NCBI GenBank assembly: GCA_038211085.1
Contig: JBBQVY010000001.1
Coordinates: forward strand, 43 to 64,042
Length of the DNA stretch: 64,000 nucleotides
DNA from: Chitinophagales bacterium
Lineage (GTDB): Bacteria > Bacteroidota > Bacteroidia > Chitinophagales > Chitinophagaceae
Reading direction: 5' to 3'
Shown here: positions 45,420 through 55,821 of the stretch, one piece after another
Layout of the letters: the number at the start of each line of letters is the position of its first letter
How positions within the stretch are numbered: position 1 is the first letter of the stretch
Notes under the pieces: generated by a model
Told to the model about the DNA's origin: nothing
Database searches by the model: none
Seen by the model: the letters and a program-made list of their open reading frames with translations, nothing else
Position numbers and translations under genes: made by a program

Positions 45420-48239
45420 TTATTTGATGTTATACGAAAGTGATAGACTAACATTGCTGCCATACCTGCGTTTTATTGCAAGTGCATCTGAACCCTTATC
45501 ATACTTTTTATTGTCATTCAGGTCGTGATAATAGTTAGCTGGCCTGTTTAGTAAGTCAGAGATATTTAGTTTTATTTCGGCTTTCTTATTAATAATTTTC
45601 TTAGCTATTTGCATATCAAATAACGGACGACTTGCCTCCCATACCGGTGGATAGTCATTACCACCTACATACAGGATGCGGTCACCGATCTGGTTGTATA
45701 ATAGTGTTGTTGATAGGCCCAGCTTATCTACATCGTACTGCACCGATGCATTAAGCACGTACGGGCTCTGACCTTGCATTGGTCTCTTAAGTTGGAAGTT
45801 ATTCCGTTCTACCCTGTTGTAGATGTAAGAGACGTTAGACTGTACGGTGAAGTTTTTTAGAGCTTCATTAAAGTCTAGCTTTTTTCTGTACTCTAATTCT
45901 ATACCATAGCCCTTTGCCTGGTCTGCATTAATGTAGTTGAAAGTACTTGAGCTACCGGCACCACTTTGATTAAAGTATAACTCAATAGGGTTCTTAAAAT
46001 ATTTATAAAAAACACCTACTGTAAAAATTTCTCCGGCTCTTGGGTACAGCTCGTATCGAACATCCAGGTTGGTAATTTTTGTACGTTGTAAGGTTTTGTT
46101 ACCGGTTACTGTTGCACCAAGGTCAAAGTCGAAAAAGGCAAAATCGCTCAATTCTCTAAACTCCGGCCTTATAACTGTTTGCGACGCAGAAACCCTGATA
46201 TTGGTTTTATTATTGAGCTTATAAGTAAAGTTTACGCCTGGCAAATAATCCCTCACCTGGCTGTGTACATGGCGGCTATCACTGGCTTTAACGCTGCCTA
46301 TTAACTGATCGTAATCTTCTACCCTTACACCCCACACGGCCCTGATTTTTTCGCTGAATTGGTTATCGAATTGTAGAAAACCGGCATTTAAAATTGTGTT
46401 GGCTATATACCGATACTGGCTGCCTGCAAGTTCGTTAAATGCAAACTTGTTATCGAAGCCTGTACCAAAGTTGTTCGGACTAAATATTTGATCTTCCGGT
46501 AAAGCCTGCAACGCTTTGTTTTCGCCGGCAGGTATGTATATGGCGAATGGCCTTGAGTTAAATATGCGATCCTTTACCTGGAAGAAGTAACCGGCTTTTA
46601 CTGTTTGATTTAAATCGAACAACTTAAAACTTTTAGAAACATCAGCCCCGGTGTTGTAGATGTAGTCGCTTAGGAAACCATAATAACGGCTGCCACTTTT
46701 TTGTGAAGTGCTGCTTGCAGAAAGTAGTGCCAGGTAAGGTGCATTAACTTCATCAGCGTCCTGGTTGTATTGTATACGGCGCTGGTCGGGTATGTACTGA
46801 TCTAAAATGTTGAAACTGCCGTACCAGTGTAGTTTTGTTTTAAGTGCTACCAGGTTATGGTCTCCCGAAACCATGGTATTAAAAAAAGTATTTGTTTTTA
46901 AAGCCAGCTCACTTGCCCGAATGTTCTCACCATTAATGGCATTCAATTCAAAATCTTTACCTGTTCTCTTTGTTACATAATCATTGGCATTTACGTTCAA
47001 CAGGTTTTTAAAAGATATTTTATGATTGTTACCAAGTTGCAGGGTAATGTTTCCCAAAGCACCCCACAAAACATTCTGGCTGTAGTTGTCATTCTGATAA
47101 TCAAAATTTACAGAGGCTACATTGTTTTGTACTGAGTATATACGGTTATCAAATTGTGTTCTCTTATTAGTTTGATTGTAGTTGACCGCGAAAATTGCTC
47201 CGAGTTTATAATTATCCTTAAAGCGTTTATTAAAGCCACCGCTTACCTGGAAGCTCTTGTTTAGAACCGGGAAAAAGTTTGAATTATTTTTTCCGGAAGA
47301 CCAGATATTTTCAAAGGTTTTTCCAAATTCAGTTTTCGGTCCTTGTGCCAAACCACTGTAATTGTTTTTGGTGGGAAGGTTAGAAGGCAATGCCCGGGTT
47401 CCATCGTCAAAACCTAAAAAATCGTATTTGCCACCTTTGTAAGTATAAAAATCGCTGCCGATTGTTTGGGTGTTAAAACCTGTACCTATTTGCACATCCA
47501 AAAAGTTTTTGGTAGGAACATCTTTTGTATTTACCTGCACTAGTCCGCCAGCCCACTCACCTGTTAACTCAGGTATAAATGATTTATTGATGATTATATT
47601 ATCAATCATGGAAGATGGAAAAATATCGAAGGAGAAAGTCTTTCTATCAGGCTCTGTACTGCCCAACAAAATACCATTTAACATAGCCTGGTTGTAGCGA
47701 TCGCTTAAACCTCTTACTACTAAATATTTACCTTCCTGTATACTGGTACCGGGTACACGTTTTAAAACTTCACCTGTGTTTTTATCCGGCGATCTTCTTA
47801 TAGCTTCTGCAGATACAACCTGTGCTACTGTACTTGTATTTTTTTGGTAAGCAATTAAGGAGTTAATACTTTCCTTTTTGATAGAAGAAGATTGAACGGT
47901 GACTGTCTCTAAAGTTTTTTGAGCATCTTCTAACAGAATTAATAATTCTTCTGCACCGGGTGCAGTAATAGCAAGGCTTTTATCCTGGTAACCTATAGCT
48001 GAAAATAAGAGTGTAACTTTTTTAGTATCGGCAACGGGCAAACTAAAATTTCCCTCTATATCTGAAGATACACCCCTGGAAGTACCCTCTAGTTTTACCG
48101 ACACACCAACCAATGCTTCATTACGTGAATTGTGAATTTTTCCACTAATCCTCACCTGTTGCGAATACGCAGAAAAAAATAACAAGAAAATGAAAAAAGA
48201 TAAAGAAATAAAAGTCTTACTGACCATTCGTGATTTCAT
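45420..48239 (-). CDS. TonB-dependent receptor with an N-terminal carboxypeptidase-regulatory-like domain
   Basis: VRISGKIHNSRNEALVGVSVKLEGTSRGVSSDIEGNFSL (CarboxypepD_reg), a plug domain, and a 22-strand-size barrel. 939 aa. Confidence 0.85.
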   Translation of the reverse strand: MKSRMVSKTFISLSFFIFLLFFSAYSQQVRISGKIHNSRNEALVGVSVKLEGTSRGVSSDIEGNFSLPVADTKKVTLLFSAIGYQDKSLAITAPGAEELLILLEDAQKTLETVTVQSSSIKKESINSLIAYQKNTSTVAQVVSAEAIRRSPDKNTGEVLKRVPGTSIQEGKYLVVRGLSDRYNQAMLNGILLGSTEPDRKTFSFDIFPSSMIDNIIINKSFIPELTGEWAGGLVQVNTKDVPTKNFLDVQIGTGFNTQTIGSDFYTYKGGKYDFLGFDDGTRALPSNLPTKNNYSGLAQGPKTEFGKTFENIWSSGKNNSNFFPVLNKSFQVSGGFNKRFKDNYKLGAIFAVNYNQTNKRTQFDNRIYSVQNNVASVNFDYQNDNYSQNVLWGALGNITLQLGNNHKISFKNLLNVNANDYVTKRTGKDFELNAINGENIRASELALKTNTFFNTMVSGDHNLVALKTKLHWYGSFNILDQYIPDQRRIQYNQDADEVNAPYLALLSASSTSQKSGSRYYGFLSDYIYNTGADVSKSFKLFDLNQTVKAGYFFQVKDRIFNSRPFAIYIPAGENKALQALPEDQIFSPNNFGTGFDNKFAFNELAGSQYRYIANTILNAGFLQFDNQFSEKIRAVWGVRVEDYDQLIGSVKASDSRHVHSQVRDYLPGVNFTYKLNNKTNIRVSASQTVIRPEFRELSDFAFFDFDLGATVTGNKTLQRTKITNLDVRYELYPRAGEIFTVGVFYKYFKNPIELYFNQSGAGSSSTFNYINADQAKGYGIELEYRKKLDFNEALKNFTVQSNVSYIYNRVERNNFQLKRPMQGQSPYVLNASVQYDVDKLGLSTTLLYNQIGDRILYVGGNDYPPVWEASRPLFDMQIAKKIINKKAEIKLNISDLLNRPANYYHDLNDNKKYDKGSDALAIKRRYGSNVSLSLSYNIK

Positions 48240-48468
48240 GCTGCAAAACTAAAATCCCATTGTTTCGTAATTGTTACCCCAATGTTATGAGAATATTAAG
48301 AAGTATAGTTTAACTTATAGAATTAGCCCATGTTTTGCGTACGCATTCATTATTGAATACAAAACGTTTTGTAGTTAGTGTGGCATTCTATGTTATGTAA
48401 TTATTAAGAAAAAACTTTTGCTGCAAGCTTGGGAGCATAATTCTATTTTTGCGAAAATTATCTACCGT

Positions 48469-49116
48469 ATGGGTCTCAACTCTTTTGGAAAATTGTTCAT
48501 GCCTAAAAACAAAATATTTTACGAATTATTTGAGGAAGTAGGCATAACTGTTCGTAAAATGGGAGCGGTCCTTAAGCAAATAGTTAACGAGCCAGATTAC
48601 GACAAGAGGGCTTCGCTAACTACACAATTAGAGGACCTTGAGCACATTAATGACGATCATACGCATAAGATATTTACCGAATTAGGGCGCAATTTTATTA
48701 CCCCCTTCGATCGTGAGGATATACACACACTTGCCTCAGCGCTTGATGACATAGCAGATTACATTTATGCATCAGCTAAAAAGATCAACTTCTACAGGGT
48801 TAACCCCAATGACACCGGTATTCAAAAAATGGCTGAATTAATTGAACAGGGTACCATACATGTTCAAAGTGCCGTAAAGGAACTAAGGGACATGAAAAAT
48901 CTTCGGTTAATTACAGAAGCCCTGGTTAGGGTGAATGACATTGAAAACCAGGCCGACGATATTTTTGACCTGAGCATTGAAAAGCTCTTTAACCAGGAAA
49001 ACGATTTTAAAGAGGTAATTAAGAAAAGAGAAATATACCAGGTAATGGAAATTGCAACTGATAAATGCGAAGATGCAGCCAATGTTATTGAATCAATCAT
49101 TGTTAAATACGCCTAA
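48469..49116 (+). CDS. DUF47 (PhoU-like) phosphate-transport accessory protein
   Basis: FYELFEEV...FITPFDREDIHTLASALDDIAD and a second helical repeat. Directly upstream of the PiT gene. Start moved from TTG 48418 to ATG 48469. Confidence 0.8.
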   Translation: MGLNSFGKLFMPKNKIFYELFEEVGITVRKMGAVLKQIVNEPDYDKRASLTTQLEDLEHINDDHTHKIFTELGRNFITPFDREDIHTLASALDDIADYIYASAKKINFYRVNPNDTGIQKMAELIEQGTIHVQSAVKELRDMKNLRLITEALVRVNDIENQADDIFDLSIEKLFNQENDFKEVIKKREIYQVMEIATDKCEDAANVIESIIVKYA

Positions 49117-49151
49117 GCTTCTTCAAATTTTTTCGCTGGTAAACTGACTGT

Positions 49152-50165
49152 ATGACTGCAATACTTATCATCATAATTGCCTTTGCCTTTATTTTCGATT
49201 ATATCAATGGCTTTCACGATGCAGCCAATTCTATAGCTACTATTGTTTCTACTAAAGTATTAACACCTTTCCAGGCTGTTATTTGGGCGGCAATTTTCAA
49301 TTTCTCTGCCTTCTTTATTTCCAAGTATATCATTGGTGGATTTGGTATTGCTGATACCATTGCCAAAAGTGTAACCATAACCAGGGGCGATCCCTTAGCT
49401 ATGTATGTTATTCTTGCCGGGTTATTATCTGCAATAATCTGGAACCTTATCACGTGGTGGTTTGGTATACCTTCAAGCTCATCGCATGCCTTAATAGGAG
49501 GTTTAATAGGCGCTGCCGTTACACGTTACGGAACGATTAAGGTGGTTGTTGCCAGCAAGGTTATTCCAATTATTTCTTTTATTGTTTTTGCACCATTGAT
49601 AGGAATGATCATCGCGTTTTTTATAACGGTTATCATTGTACATCTTTCCAAACGATCTAATCCTTACAAAGCTGAAAAATGGTTTAAGAGATTACAATTA
49701 GTTTCTTCGGCATTGTTTAGTATAGGACACGGAGGTAACGATGCCCAAAAAGTAATGGGACTGATTGGTGCAGCAATGTTAGCCAGTAATTACATAAAAA
49801 GCTTTAGCGAAATACCTGACTGGGTTCCGATTTCATGTTTTATTGCAATAGCTTTTGGTACCATGAGCGGTGGATGGAAAATTGTGAAGACTATGGGTAC
49901 ACGTATTACCAAGGTAACTCCACTCGAGGGTGTTGCCGCAGAAACTGCTGGTGCTATCACCTTATTTTTGACCGAGCATTTTAAAATACCTGTAAGTACT
50001 ACACATACCATAACAGGTGCTATTATAGGTGTAGGTGCCACTAAACGTCTTTCTGCAGTAAGGTGGGGTGTTACCGTAAACCTGTTATGGGCCTGGATTT
50101 TAACCATACCCGTAAGTGCATTATTAGCAGCAATCATCTTTTTTATTCTTAAAGCGTTTGTGTAG
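49152..50165 (+). CDS. PiT-family inorganic phosphate transporter
   Basis: GFHDAANSIAT and GGNDAQK signature repeats. 337 aa, polytopic. Confidence 0.9.
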   Translation: MTAILIIIIAFAFIFDYINGFHDAANSIATIVSTKVLTPFQAVIWAAIFNFSAFFISKYIIGGFGIADTIAKSVTITRGDPLAMYVILAGLLSAIIWNLITWWFGIPSSSSHALIGGLIGAAVTRYGTIKVVVASKVIPIISFIVFAPLIGMIIAFFITVIIVHLSKRSNPYKAEKWFKRLQLVSSALFSIGHGGNDAQKVMGLIGAAMLASNYIKSFSEIPDWVPISCFIAIAFGTMSGGWKIVKTMGTRITKVTPLEGVAAETAGAITLFLTEHFKIPVSTTHTITGAIIGVGATKRLSAVRWGVTVNLLWAWILTIPVSALLAAIIFFILKAFV

Positions 50166-50234
50166 TAGCTATCTTTTCAAATCCTTGTCTTTCGCCTATT
50201 TACTCTATTTTGCGTTTAGTTAATTAATTCTTCT

Positions 50235-51290
50235 ATGCAAAAAATTCTTGTTACCGGTGGCTGCGGCTATATTGGTTCTCATACCATTGTTGACTTACTT
50301 GAAAATGGTTTTGAGGTTATCTCTATTGACGATAATTCCCGGTCTACCAAATATTTACTGGATGGCATTTCAAAAATTACCGGTAAAAAAGTAAAAAATT
50401 ATAATGTTGATCTGAAAGATTATAACGATACCCGGGCAGTTTTCCAGGAGAATGAAGATATACAGGGTATTATTCATTTTGCCGCATACAAAGCCGTTGG
50501 CGAATCTGTAGAGCAACCGTTAATGTATTTTGAGAACAATCTTTTCTCTCTTATAAATTTGATGAAGTGTGTGGAAGAATTTGAAATTCCGCATTTTGTT
50601 TTTTCTTCAAGTTGTACGGTATATGGCAATCCGGATACATTGCCTGTTACTGAAAATTCCGCTATTAAAAACGCAGAATCTCCTTATGGTGCCACTAAGC
50701 AAATGGGAGAAGATATTTTAAAATGGATCGTAAAAAATGGTAGTTCAAAAGCCATATTACTGAGATATTTTAATCCTGTTGGGGCTCATCCCTCCATACT
50801 TATTGGTGAGTTACCATTAGGGAAACCAGCCAACCTGGTGCCTGCCATCACACAAACCGCCATTGGTAAAATTGAACAGTTAACGGTTTTTGGCAAAGAC
50901 TATCCTACACGGGATGGTACCTGCATACGCGATTACATTCATGTATCTGATATTGCGCATGCCCACACCCTTGCATTGCAATACATGATTGATAATAAAA
51001 CAAAAACAAACTGCGACATATTTAATTTGGGAAGTGGTAATGGATACACTGTTTTAGAAGCCATTAATGCCTTTGAAGAAGTTAGTACCGCCAAATTAAA
51101 TTATCTGCTTGGACCACGCCGCCAGGGCGATGTAATTGCTATTTACGCTAACAACGAACTTGCTGTAAATGAACTGGGTTGGATTATAAAGTACGACCTT
51201 AAAGATATGATGCGAACAGCCTGGTTGTGGGAGCAAAAGGTTAAGGAAGATGAACAAATTATTAAAAGCCAGCAATTTCAATTGAACTAA
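50235..51290 (+). CDS. galE: UDP-glucose 4-epimerase
   Basis: GGCGYIGSH NAD-binding motif, catalytic SPYGATK (YxxxK), typical GalE length. Confidence 0.9.
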   Translation: MQKILVTGGCGYIGSHTIVDLLENGFEVISIDDNSRSTKYLLDGISKITGKKVKNYNVDLKDYNDTRAVFQENEDIQGIIHFAAYKAVGESVEQPLMYFENNLFSLINLMKCVEEFEIPHFVFSSSCTVYGNPDTLPVTENSAIKNAESPYGATKQMGEDILKWIVKNGSSKAILLRYFNPVGAHPSILIGELPLGKPANLVPAITQTAIGKIEQLTVFGKDYPTRDGTCIRDYIHVSDIAHAHTLALQYMIDNKTKTNCDIFNLGSGNGYTVLEAINAFEEVSTAKLNYLLGPRRQGDVIAIYANNELAVNELGWIIKYDLKDMMRTAWLWEQKVKEDEQIIKSQQFQLN

Positions 51291-51310
51291 GAATTTTACT
51301 CATTATTTTT

Positions 51311-51343
51311 CAAGCCAACTCTTTAAAAAGTTGGCTTTTTTGT
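51311..51343 (+). terminator. Rho-independent terminator after galE
   Basis: aagccaact-ctttaaaa-agttggctt followed by a T run. Confidence 0.75.
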
Positions 51344-51506
51344 GCCAGCAAATCAGTTTTATATATAAAATTCCTGGAATGAGCGATTATTTACCGATAT
51401 CCCTATCTTTCTGCCGATAATCGAAGCAATATTTTTAAAAACCGGGCTTTACAACCTATTTGTAAAATTTGCATCTATTATAGTTACAACCCCAACTAAC
51501 CCCGGA

Positions 51507-52268
51507 ATGCCAGCTTACTTAAACCGACTAATAGTCCTGATTTTTAGCATTGCCGCTCTTTCCCTTTTCCAGGGATGTACTAAAATGGCAGTTACAGGTC
51601 ACCTGCAAAAATCAGGTATTGCCTTTACCTTCGACGATTACTCAGTAGACGAATGGTATCGGTGTCTTCCCTTGTTCGACTCATTTAACGTAAAGGCTAC
51701 CTTCTTCATCTCTAACTATAATAAATTAAAAAAGGGAGAGATTGATAAACTCAGGGTTTTAAAAAAACGCGGTCATGAAATTGCTTTTCATACAACCAAT
51801 CATTTCAATATGATTAAGTATTTAAACAATGAGGGCATGAATCTATTAATTGAAAATGAAATTGAAGCGGGGTTAAGTAAACTAAATGCAGATGGGTTTT
51901 ATCCTACAACATTTGCTTATCCTTATGGACATCATAACCAGGCTTTAGACAACACCTTACTGAAATATTTTAAAAGCGTAAGAGCCCTGAATGGCACAAA
52001 TAATTTTACAAAAAGCCTGGCAACAACCACTAACAATTCAATTTTATATGGCCTTGGAATTGATGAATCGAGCAAACGACCAATGAGTACGATTTTTCAA
52101 CTGGTTACCAATGCACACAACGATAATAACTGCCTGGTTCTGGTGTCGCACCATACCGACTTACCGGGTACAAAATTTATTACAACCCAAAATACCTTGA
52201 GAAAAATTATTAAAAAAGCTGTTTCCTTAGACATGCACTTTTATACTGTTTCAGAAATATCCCGTTAG
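51507..52268 (+). CDS. Polysaccharide deacetylase family lipoprotein
   Basis: Lipobox LFQGC, with FTFDD and HTTNH (NodB-type) motifs. Confidence 0.7.
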   Translation: MPAYLNRLIVLIFSIAALSLFQGCTKMAVTGHLQKSGIAFTFDDYSVDEWYRCLPLFDSFNVKATFFISNYNKLKKGEIDKLRVLKKRGHEIAFHTTNHFNMIKYLNNEGMNLLIENEIEAGLSKLNADGFYPTTFAYPYGHHNQALDNTLLKYFKSVRALNGTNNFTKSLATTTNNSILYGLGIDESSKRPMSTIFQLVTNAHNDNNCLVLVSHHTDLPGTKFITTQNTLRKIIKKAVSLDMHFYTVSEISR

Positions 52269-52457
52269 TTGCCTGGCGCATATAGCAATTATATAACAGC
52301 TTCTTATTCCCCTCCTCGTTGAATCATTTTGTTTTAAATTGCAACATACCATTTGTACTACCCGGCAATCTGGTATTTGGTTTTGATCTAACGTTGTGAT
52401 GTTTTTTCATAGCATAATAATTGTACTTCAGCCTACCAAAAAAACAAAAAAACTTAC

Positions 52458-53003
52458 ATGCATCCTGACGATATTGAATTGCTGAACAAGTTTAGGCAAC
52501 CAGAACAAAAAGAACGGGCGTTTACAGACATCATTAAAAAATACCAGGAGAAGCTGTATTGGCATATACGTCGCATGGTCATCGATCACGAAGACACCAA
52601 CGATATTTTGCAAAACATGTTTATTAAAGTATGGAAGGGTCTGGAAAACTTTAGAGAAGACAGCCAGTTGTTCACGTGGTTGTACAGAATAGCTACCAAT
52701 GAATGTTTAACCTTTCTTGAACAAAGAAAACGCAGGGCTTCTATAAGTCTTGGTGATGAAGAAAATGGACTGGCTAACAGAATTAAAGCTGATGAAGGCT
52801 TTGATATTAATAAACTGGAGTGGAAATTACAAGTTGCTATTCAGCAACTTCCTGAAAAACAACGATTGGTTTTTAACCTAAGGTATTATGATGAAATGCC
52901 TTATGAGGAAATGAGCAAAGTATTAGATACCAGCCAGGGAGCATTAAAAGCCAGTTACCATCATGCTGCCCGTAAAATTGAAGATTATATACTCAACCAT
53001 TAA
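52458..53003 (+). CDS. ECF-type RNA polymerase sigma-70 factor
   Basis: Region 2 (LYRIATNECLTFLEQRKR) and region 4 (YEEMSKVLDTSQGALKASYHHAARKIE). Confidence 0.85.
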   Translation: MHPDDIELLNKFRQPEQKERAFTDIIKKYQEKLYWHIRRMVIDHEDTNDILQNMFIKVWKGLENFREDSQLFTWLYRIATNECLTFLEQRKRRASISLGDEENGLANRIKADEGFDINKLEWKLQVAIQQLPEKQRLVFNLRYYDEMPYEEMSKVLDTSQGALKASYHHAARKIEDYILNH

Positions 53004-53035
53004 ACCAAGCTGCTTTTAAAACGTCTCAAAAAGGA

Positions 53036-53794
53036 ATGTTACCAAACACAGAAATATTATTAGAACTATCACAAATAAGCCCGGCTTTAACCAACATTAG
53101 TCGAAACCATGTTTATTCCGTACCCTTAAACTATTTCGACGGTTTGGCCGGCAATATCCTCCAACAAATTAAAGATGATATTGCCAGCCAAACTTTGGTA
53201 AGCACCGTAAATCCTTTTTCAGTTCCGGGAGGCTATTTTGATTTATTGCCCGGTGCTATTTTAGGTAAAATTAAACAAGCACAGGTAAGTAGGAATGAAG
53301 TACAGGATGAATTGGAAGAGACAGCACCTTTGCTCAATACCATCAGCCGAATACTGCCCTACCAGGTTCCTCCAGGGTATTTTGAAAACTTTACGGTAAA
53401 AACTTCCGGTAAGAAAGTTGTTGTACAACCAACGTCTAAGGTTATAAAATCAAGCTGGTTTAGCAGGTCGTACAAGTATGCAGCAGCCGCAGTAATTGCA
53501 GGAGTTGTTATTGTTTCTACATTCCTGCTTGCGCCTGATAACAACATTGAAAACCCATCTGGCAACTACACATCATCCATAAATATTCCGGCTGCGGTTA
53601 ACAAAGCCAGCGAGGCTGATATCAAGGAGTTTTTAATTGATAATACCGTAATACCCGAGGCCACAGTTAGTATTACCGGTTCTAATAACGAAGTTGATTT
53701 TTTACAGGTGCTTGAAAATACCAGTGAAGAAGACATACAAGATTACCTGAAACAATATGAAGGAACTGCTGTGTTAAAGGGGAAGAGCAGCTAA
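53036..53794 (+). CDS. Putative anti-sigma / membrane-anchored partner protein
   Basis: Follows the sigma gene. Three VP-x-[NG]YF-[DE] repeats sit in the cytoplasmic part. TM helix AAAAVIAGVVIVSTFLLAP. Confidence 0.5.
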   Translation: MLPNTEILLELSQISPALTNISRNHVYSVPLNYFDGLAGNILQQIKDDIASQTLVSTVNPFSVPGGYFDLLPGAILGKIKQAQVSRNEVQDELEETAPLLNTISRILPYQVPPGYFENFTVKTSGKKVVVQPTSKVIKSSWFSRSYKYAAAAVIAGVVIVSTFLLAPDNNIENPSGNYTSSINIPAAVNKASEADIKEFLIDNTVIPEATVSITGSNNEVDFLQVLENTSEEDIQDYLKQYEGTAVLKGKSS

Positions 53795-53804
53795 AGAATT
53801 AAAT

Positions 53805-54200
53805 ATGAAAAAGATTTTACTACTGACTTTGTTTTTATTAAACATTAGTTACTTTTGTTACGCACAGGCTGATAAACGAAAGAACAATATCGAAGCGATT
53901 CAGATTGCGTATTTGACAAGAGAATTATCGTTATCATCAGAAGAAGCTCAAAAATTTTGGCCTGTTTACAACGAGTACCGCGATGAGTTAGTGAGTGTAA
54001 GGAAAGAGATAAGGAATGATGAAGTTTTATTTGAAGAGAAAGTTCTGAATATTCGCAAAAAGTATAAGACTGATTTTAAAAAAGTGTTAGGGACAGATCA
54101 AAGAGTTAACCAGGTTTTTGTAGCTGAAAAATCATTTAGAGATTTACTACGGAAAGAACTGATGAACCGCAGGGGAAACAAAGAAAGAGTTCCGGATTAA
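53805..54200 (+). CDS. Small periplasmic Spy/CpxP-like protein
   Basis: Signal peptide. LSLSSEEAQKFWPVYNEYRDE resembles the LTxxQ-type helical chaperones commonly found third in such sigma clusters. Confidence 0.45.
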   Translation: MKKILLLTLFLLNISYFCYAQADKRKNNIEAIQIAYLTRELSLSSEEAQKFWPVYNEYRDELVSVRKEIRNDEVLFEEKVLNIRKKYKTDFKKVLGTDQRVNQVFVAEKSFRDLLRKELMNRRGNKERVPD

Positions 54201-54307
54201 TATTTTACAATATCACCGATATTAAACTTGGTGTTTTTCATAGGTTAGCAACGGCCAGCTCTTTTTAGGGCAGGCCATTTTTTTTAATGGCAAACTTCGC
54301 CTGAAAA

Positions 54308-55264
54308 TTAATTTCTAAACTCCTGTGTAATCATTAGGCCATGCACGCCTCCATCTACAATGCCAATGGCCACCCTTGAATAAGCCGTACTTAAAATGTT
54401 TGCACGATGACCAGGCGAATTCATTAATCCACGGTGACAAATGGATATTGTTTGACCCAAAGCAAGATTTTCGCCCATAATCAAATACCTCACCTTCGAT
54501 CTTTTTACACGGTCTGATGGCATAAGTCCTTCAGGAGTTTGGTGCGAAAAATATCCCCTGGCAAACATATCAATTGAGTGAGCCCTTGCTACTGGCAATA
54601 CTTCAGGATCTGCAACCAGTGCCCTCAACTTCCGTTTCATTCTTTCAGCATTTATTAGTGTTAGCATTTGCTCCTCAAGTTCGGGCCGTACTGTTGGGTC
54701 AGTAACAGTAAACTGTAAGTCAACAGTAGTTTTAGATTGAGGCTCCACCGTAACCTTGTTTATTGAACGGCTGACGGCATCATTAAATACTGGTGCTAAT
54801 TTATCCTCCAGCCATTCTACCTGGAGGGCTAATTTGGGTGCAACATTACTTGATTTTGTATGCTGGCTTATTGTATCGCTTATAGGCACTGATAGTAATA
54901 GTGCTGAAGCAATAGCAGAATAAATTAAGCCATTTACAAACCCTGGAAAGAGTCCCATTAATTTGTTTTCAACCGTTAGATGTGCATTTGGTGAAACATC
55001 CCTTAAAACTAGGTTGAAGAATGAAGAAAGTAGTAAACGAACTAGGACAATCACAATTAAAAAAGAAATTGGCCGCCCCCAAATACCTGTGACAGAAAGA
55101 TAATTTGTAAGGAGTTTTTCAACAAAAGGATAAAAAATAATAGCTACGCCGAGGCTGCCCAACATTATAATGAGATCTACCAGGCCAAGTATAAAACCTT
55201 TTATATATCCACTCCACAGCGCTAATGCAATAATGATAATTAAAATGACATCTACATAATTCAT
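54308..55264 (-). CDS. CvpA-family membrane domain fused to a C-terminal CAP/SCP (YkwD-like) domain
   Basis: I place the start at ATG 55264 (MNYVDVILIIIIALALWSGYIKGF, a CvpA-like N terminus). C terminus: LINAERMK...ARAHSIDMFARGYFSHQTPEG...GENLA...MNSPGHRANIL (CAP motifs). Confidence 0.65.
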   Translation of the reverse strand: MNYVDVILIIIIALALWSGYIKGFILGLVDLIIMLGSLGVAIIFYPFVEKLLTNYLSVTGIWGRPISFLIVIVLVRLLLSSFFNLVLRDVSPNAHLTVENKLMGLFPGFVNGLIYSAIASALLLSVPISDTISQHTKSSNVAPKLALQVEWLEDKLAPVFNDAVSRSINKVTVEPQSKTTVDLQFTVTDPTVRPELEEQMLTLINAERMKRKLRALVADPEVLPVARAHSIDMFARGYFSHQTPEGLMPSDRVKRSKVRYLIMGENLALGQTISICHRGLMNSPGHRANILSTAYSRVAIGIVDGGVHGLMITQEFRN

Positions 55265-55513
55265 AAAAAGAGATCCATTTTTATGTTGATTGGTAAAATG
55301 CTCCTGTTCACTAAGTTTGTTTGCAAACTGGGCAGACATTTTTTCGATTAAGTTGAAGTTCAGGTAAAACCAATAAGAAATAATAATGCCGAAAAATGTT
55401 TTGAAGTAAGAAATGACTACAAATTTTACTACTTCAATGTCTGCAATCATATTTTCAAAAGTCTGCTCTTACTGTGATTAACAAAAAAATAATAAAATTT
55501 AAAATGCGGTCTA

Positions 55514-55521
55514 TACATTTG
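55514..55521 (+). promoter_or_regulatory. -7 promoter box (TAnnTTTG) for the riboswitch-btuB transcript
   Basis: A perfect tacatttg lies a few nt upstream of the first conserved riboswitch stem (ggttcc at 55532). Confidence 0.5.
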
Positions 55522-55524
55522 CCG

Positions 55525-55700
55525 CGGATTTGGTTCCTGTTACTAAACGGGATTAAAAGGGAAGTCCGGTAAAATTCCGGCGCTATCCCCGTAGCTGTAT
55601 AGCCTTCTTTTCAGTAATGAAAAAGAAAAACAATTTAATAACATAGCCACTGTAACAACGGGAAGGCATTAAGTTGAGGCAAAGCCAGAAGACCTGCCAG
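55525..55700 (+). promoter_or_regulatory. Cobalamin (B12) riboswitch
   Basis: GGTTCC...AAAAGGGAAGTCCGGTAAAATTCCGGCGCTATCCCCGTAGCTGTA...AGCCACTG (B12 box)...GGGAAGGC...AGCCAGAAGACCTGCC follows the RF00174 consensus order. It lies upstream of a TonB receptor gene. Confidence 0.88.
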
Positions 55701-55821
55701 ATCAAATTATTTTATCATCGGGCTTTCGGGCGAAAAGCAAGAGATGTTAATGGTCTTTCTGTAGAAGTCGTTTTCATTTCGTCCCTTTCTCTGAAAGCTC
55801 ATAGCCAACAAACTTTTGACT

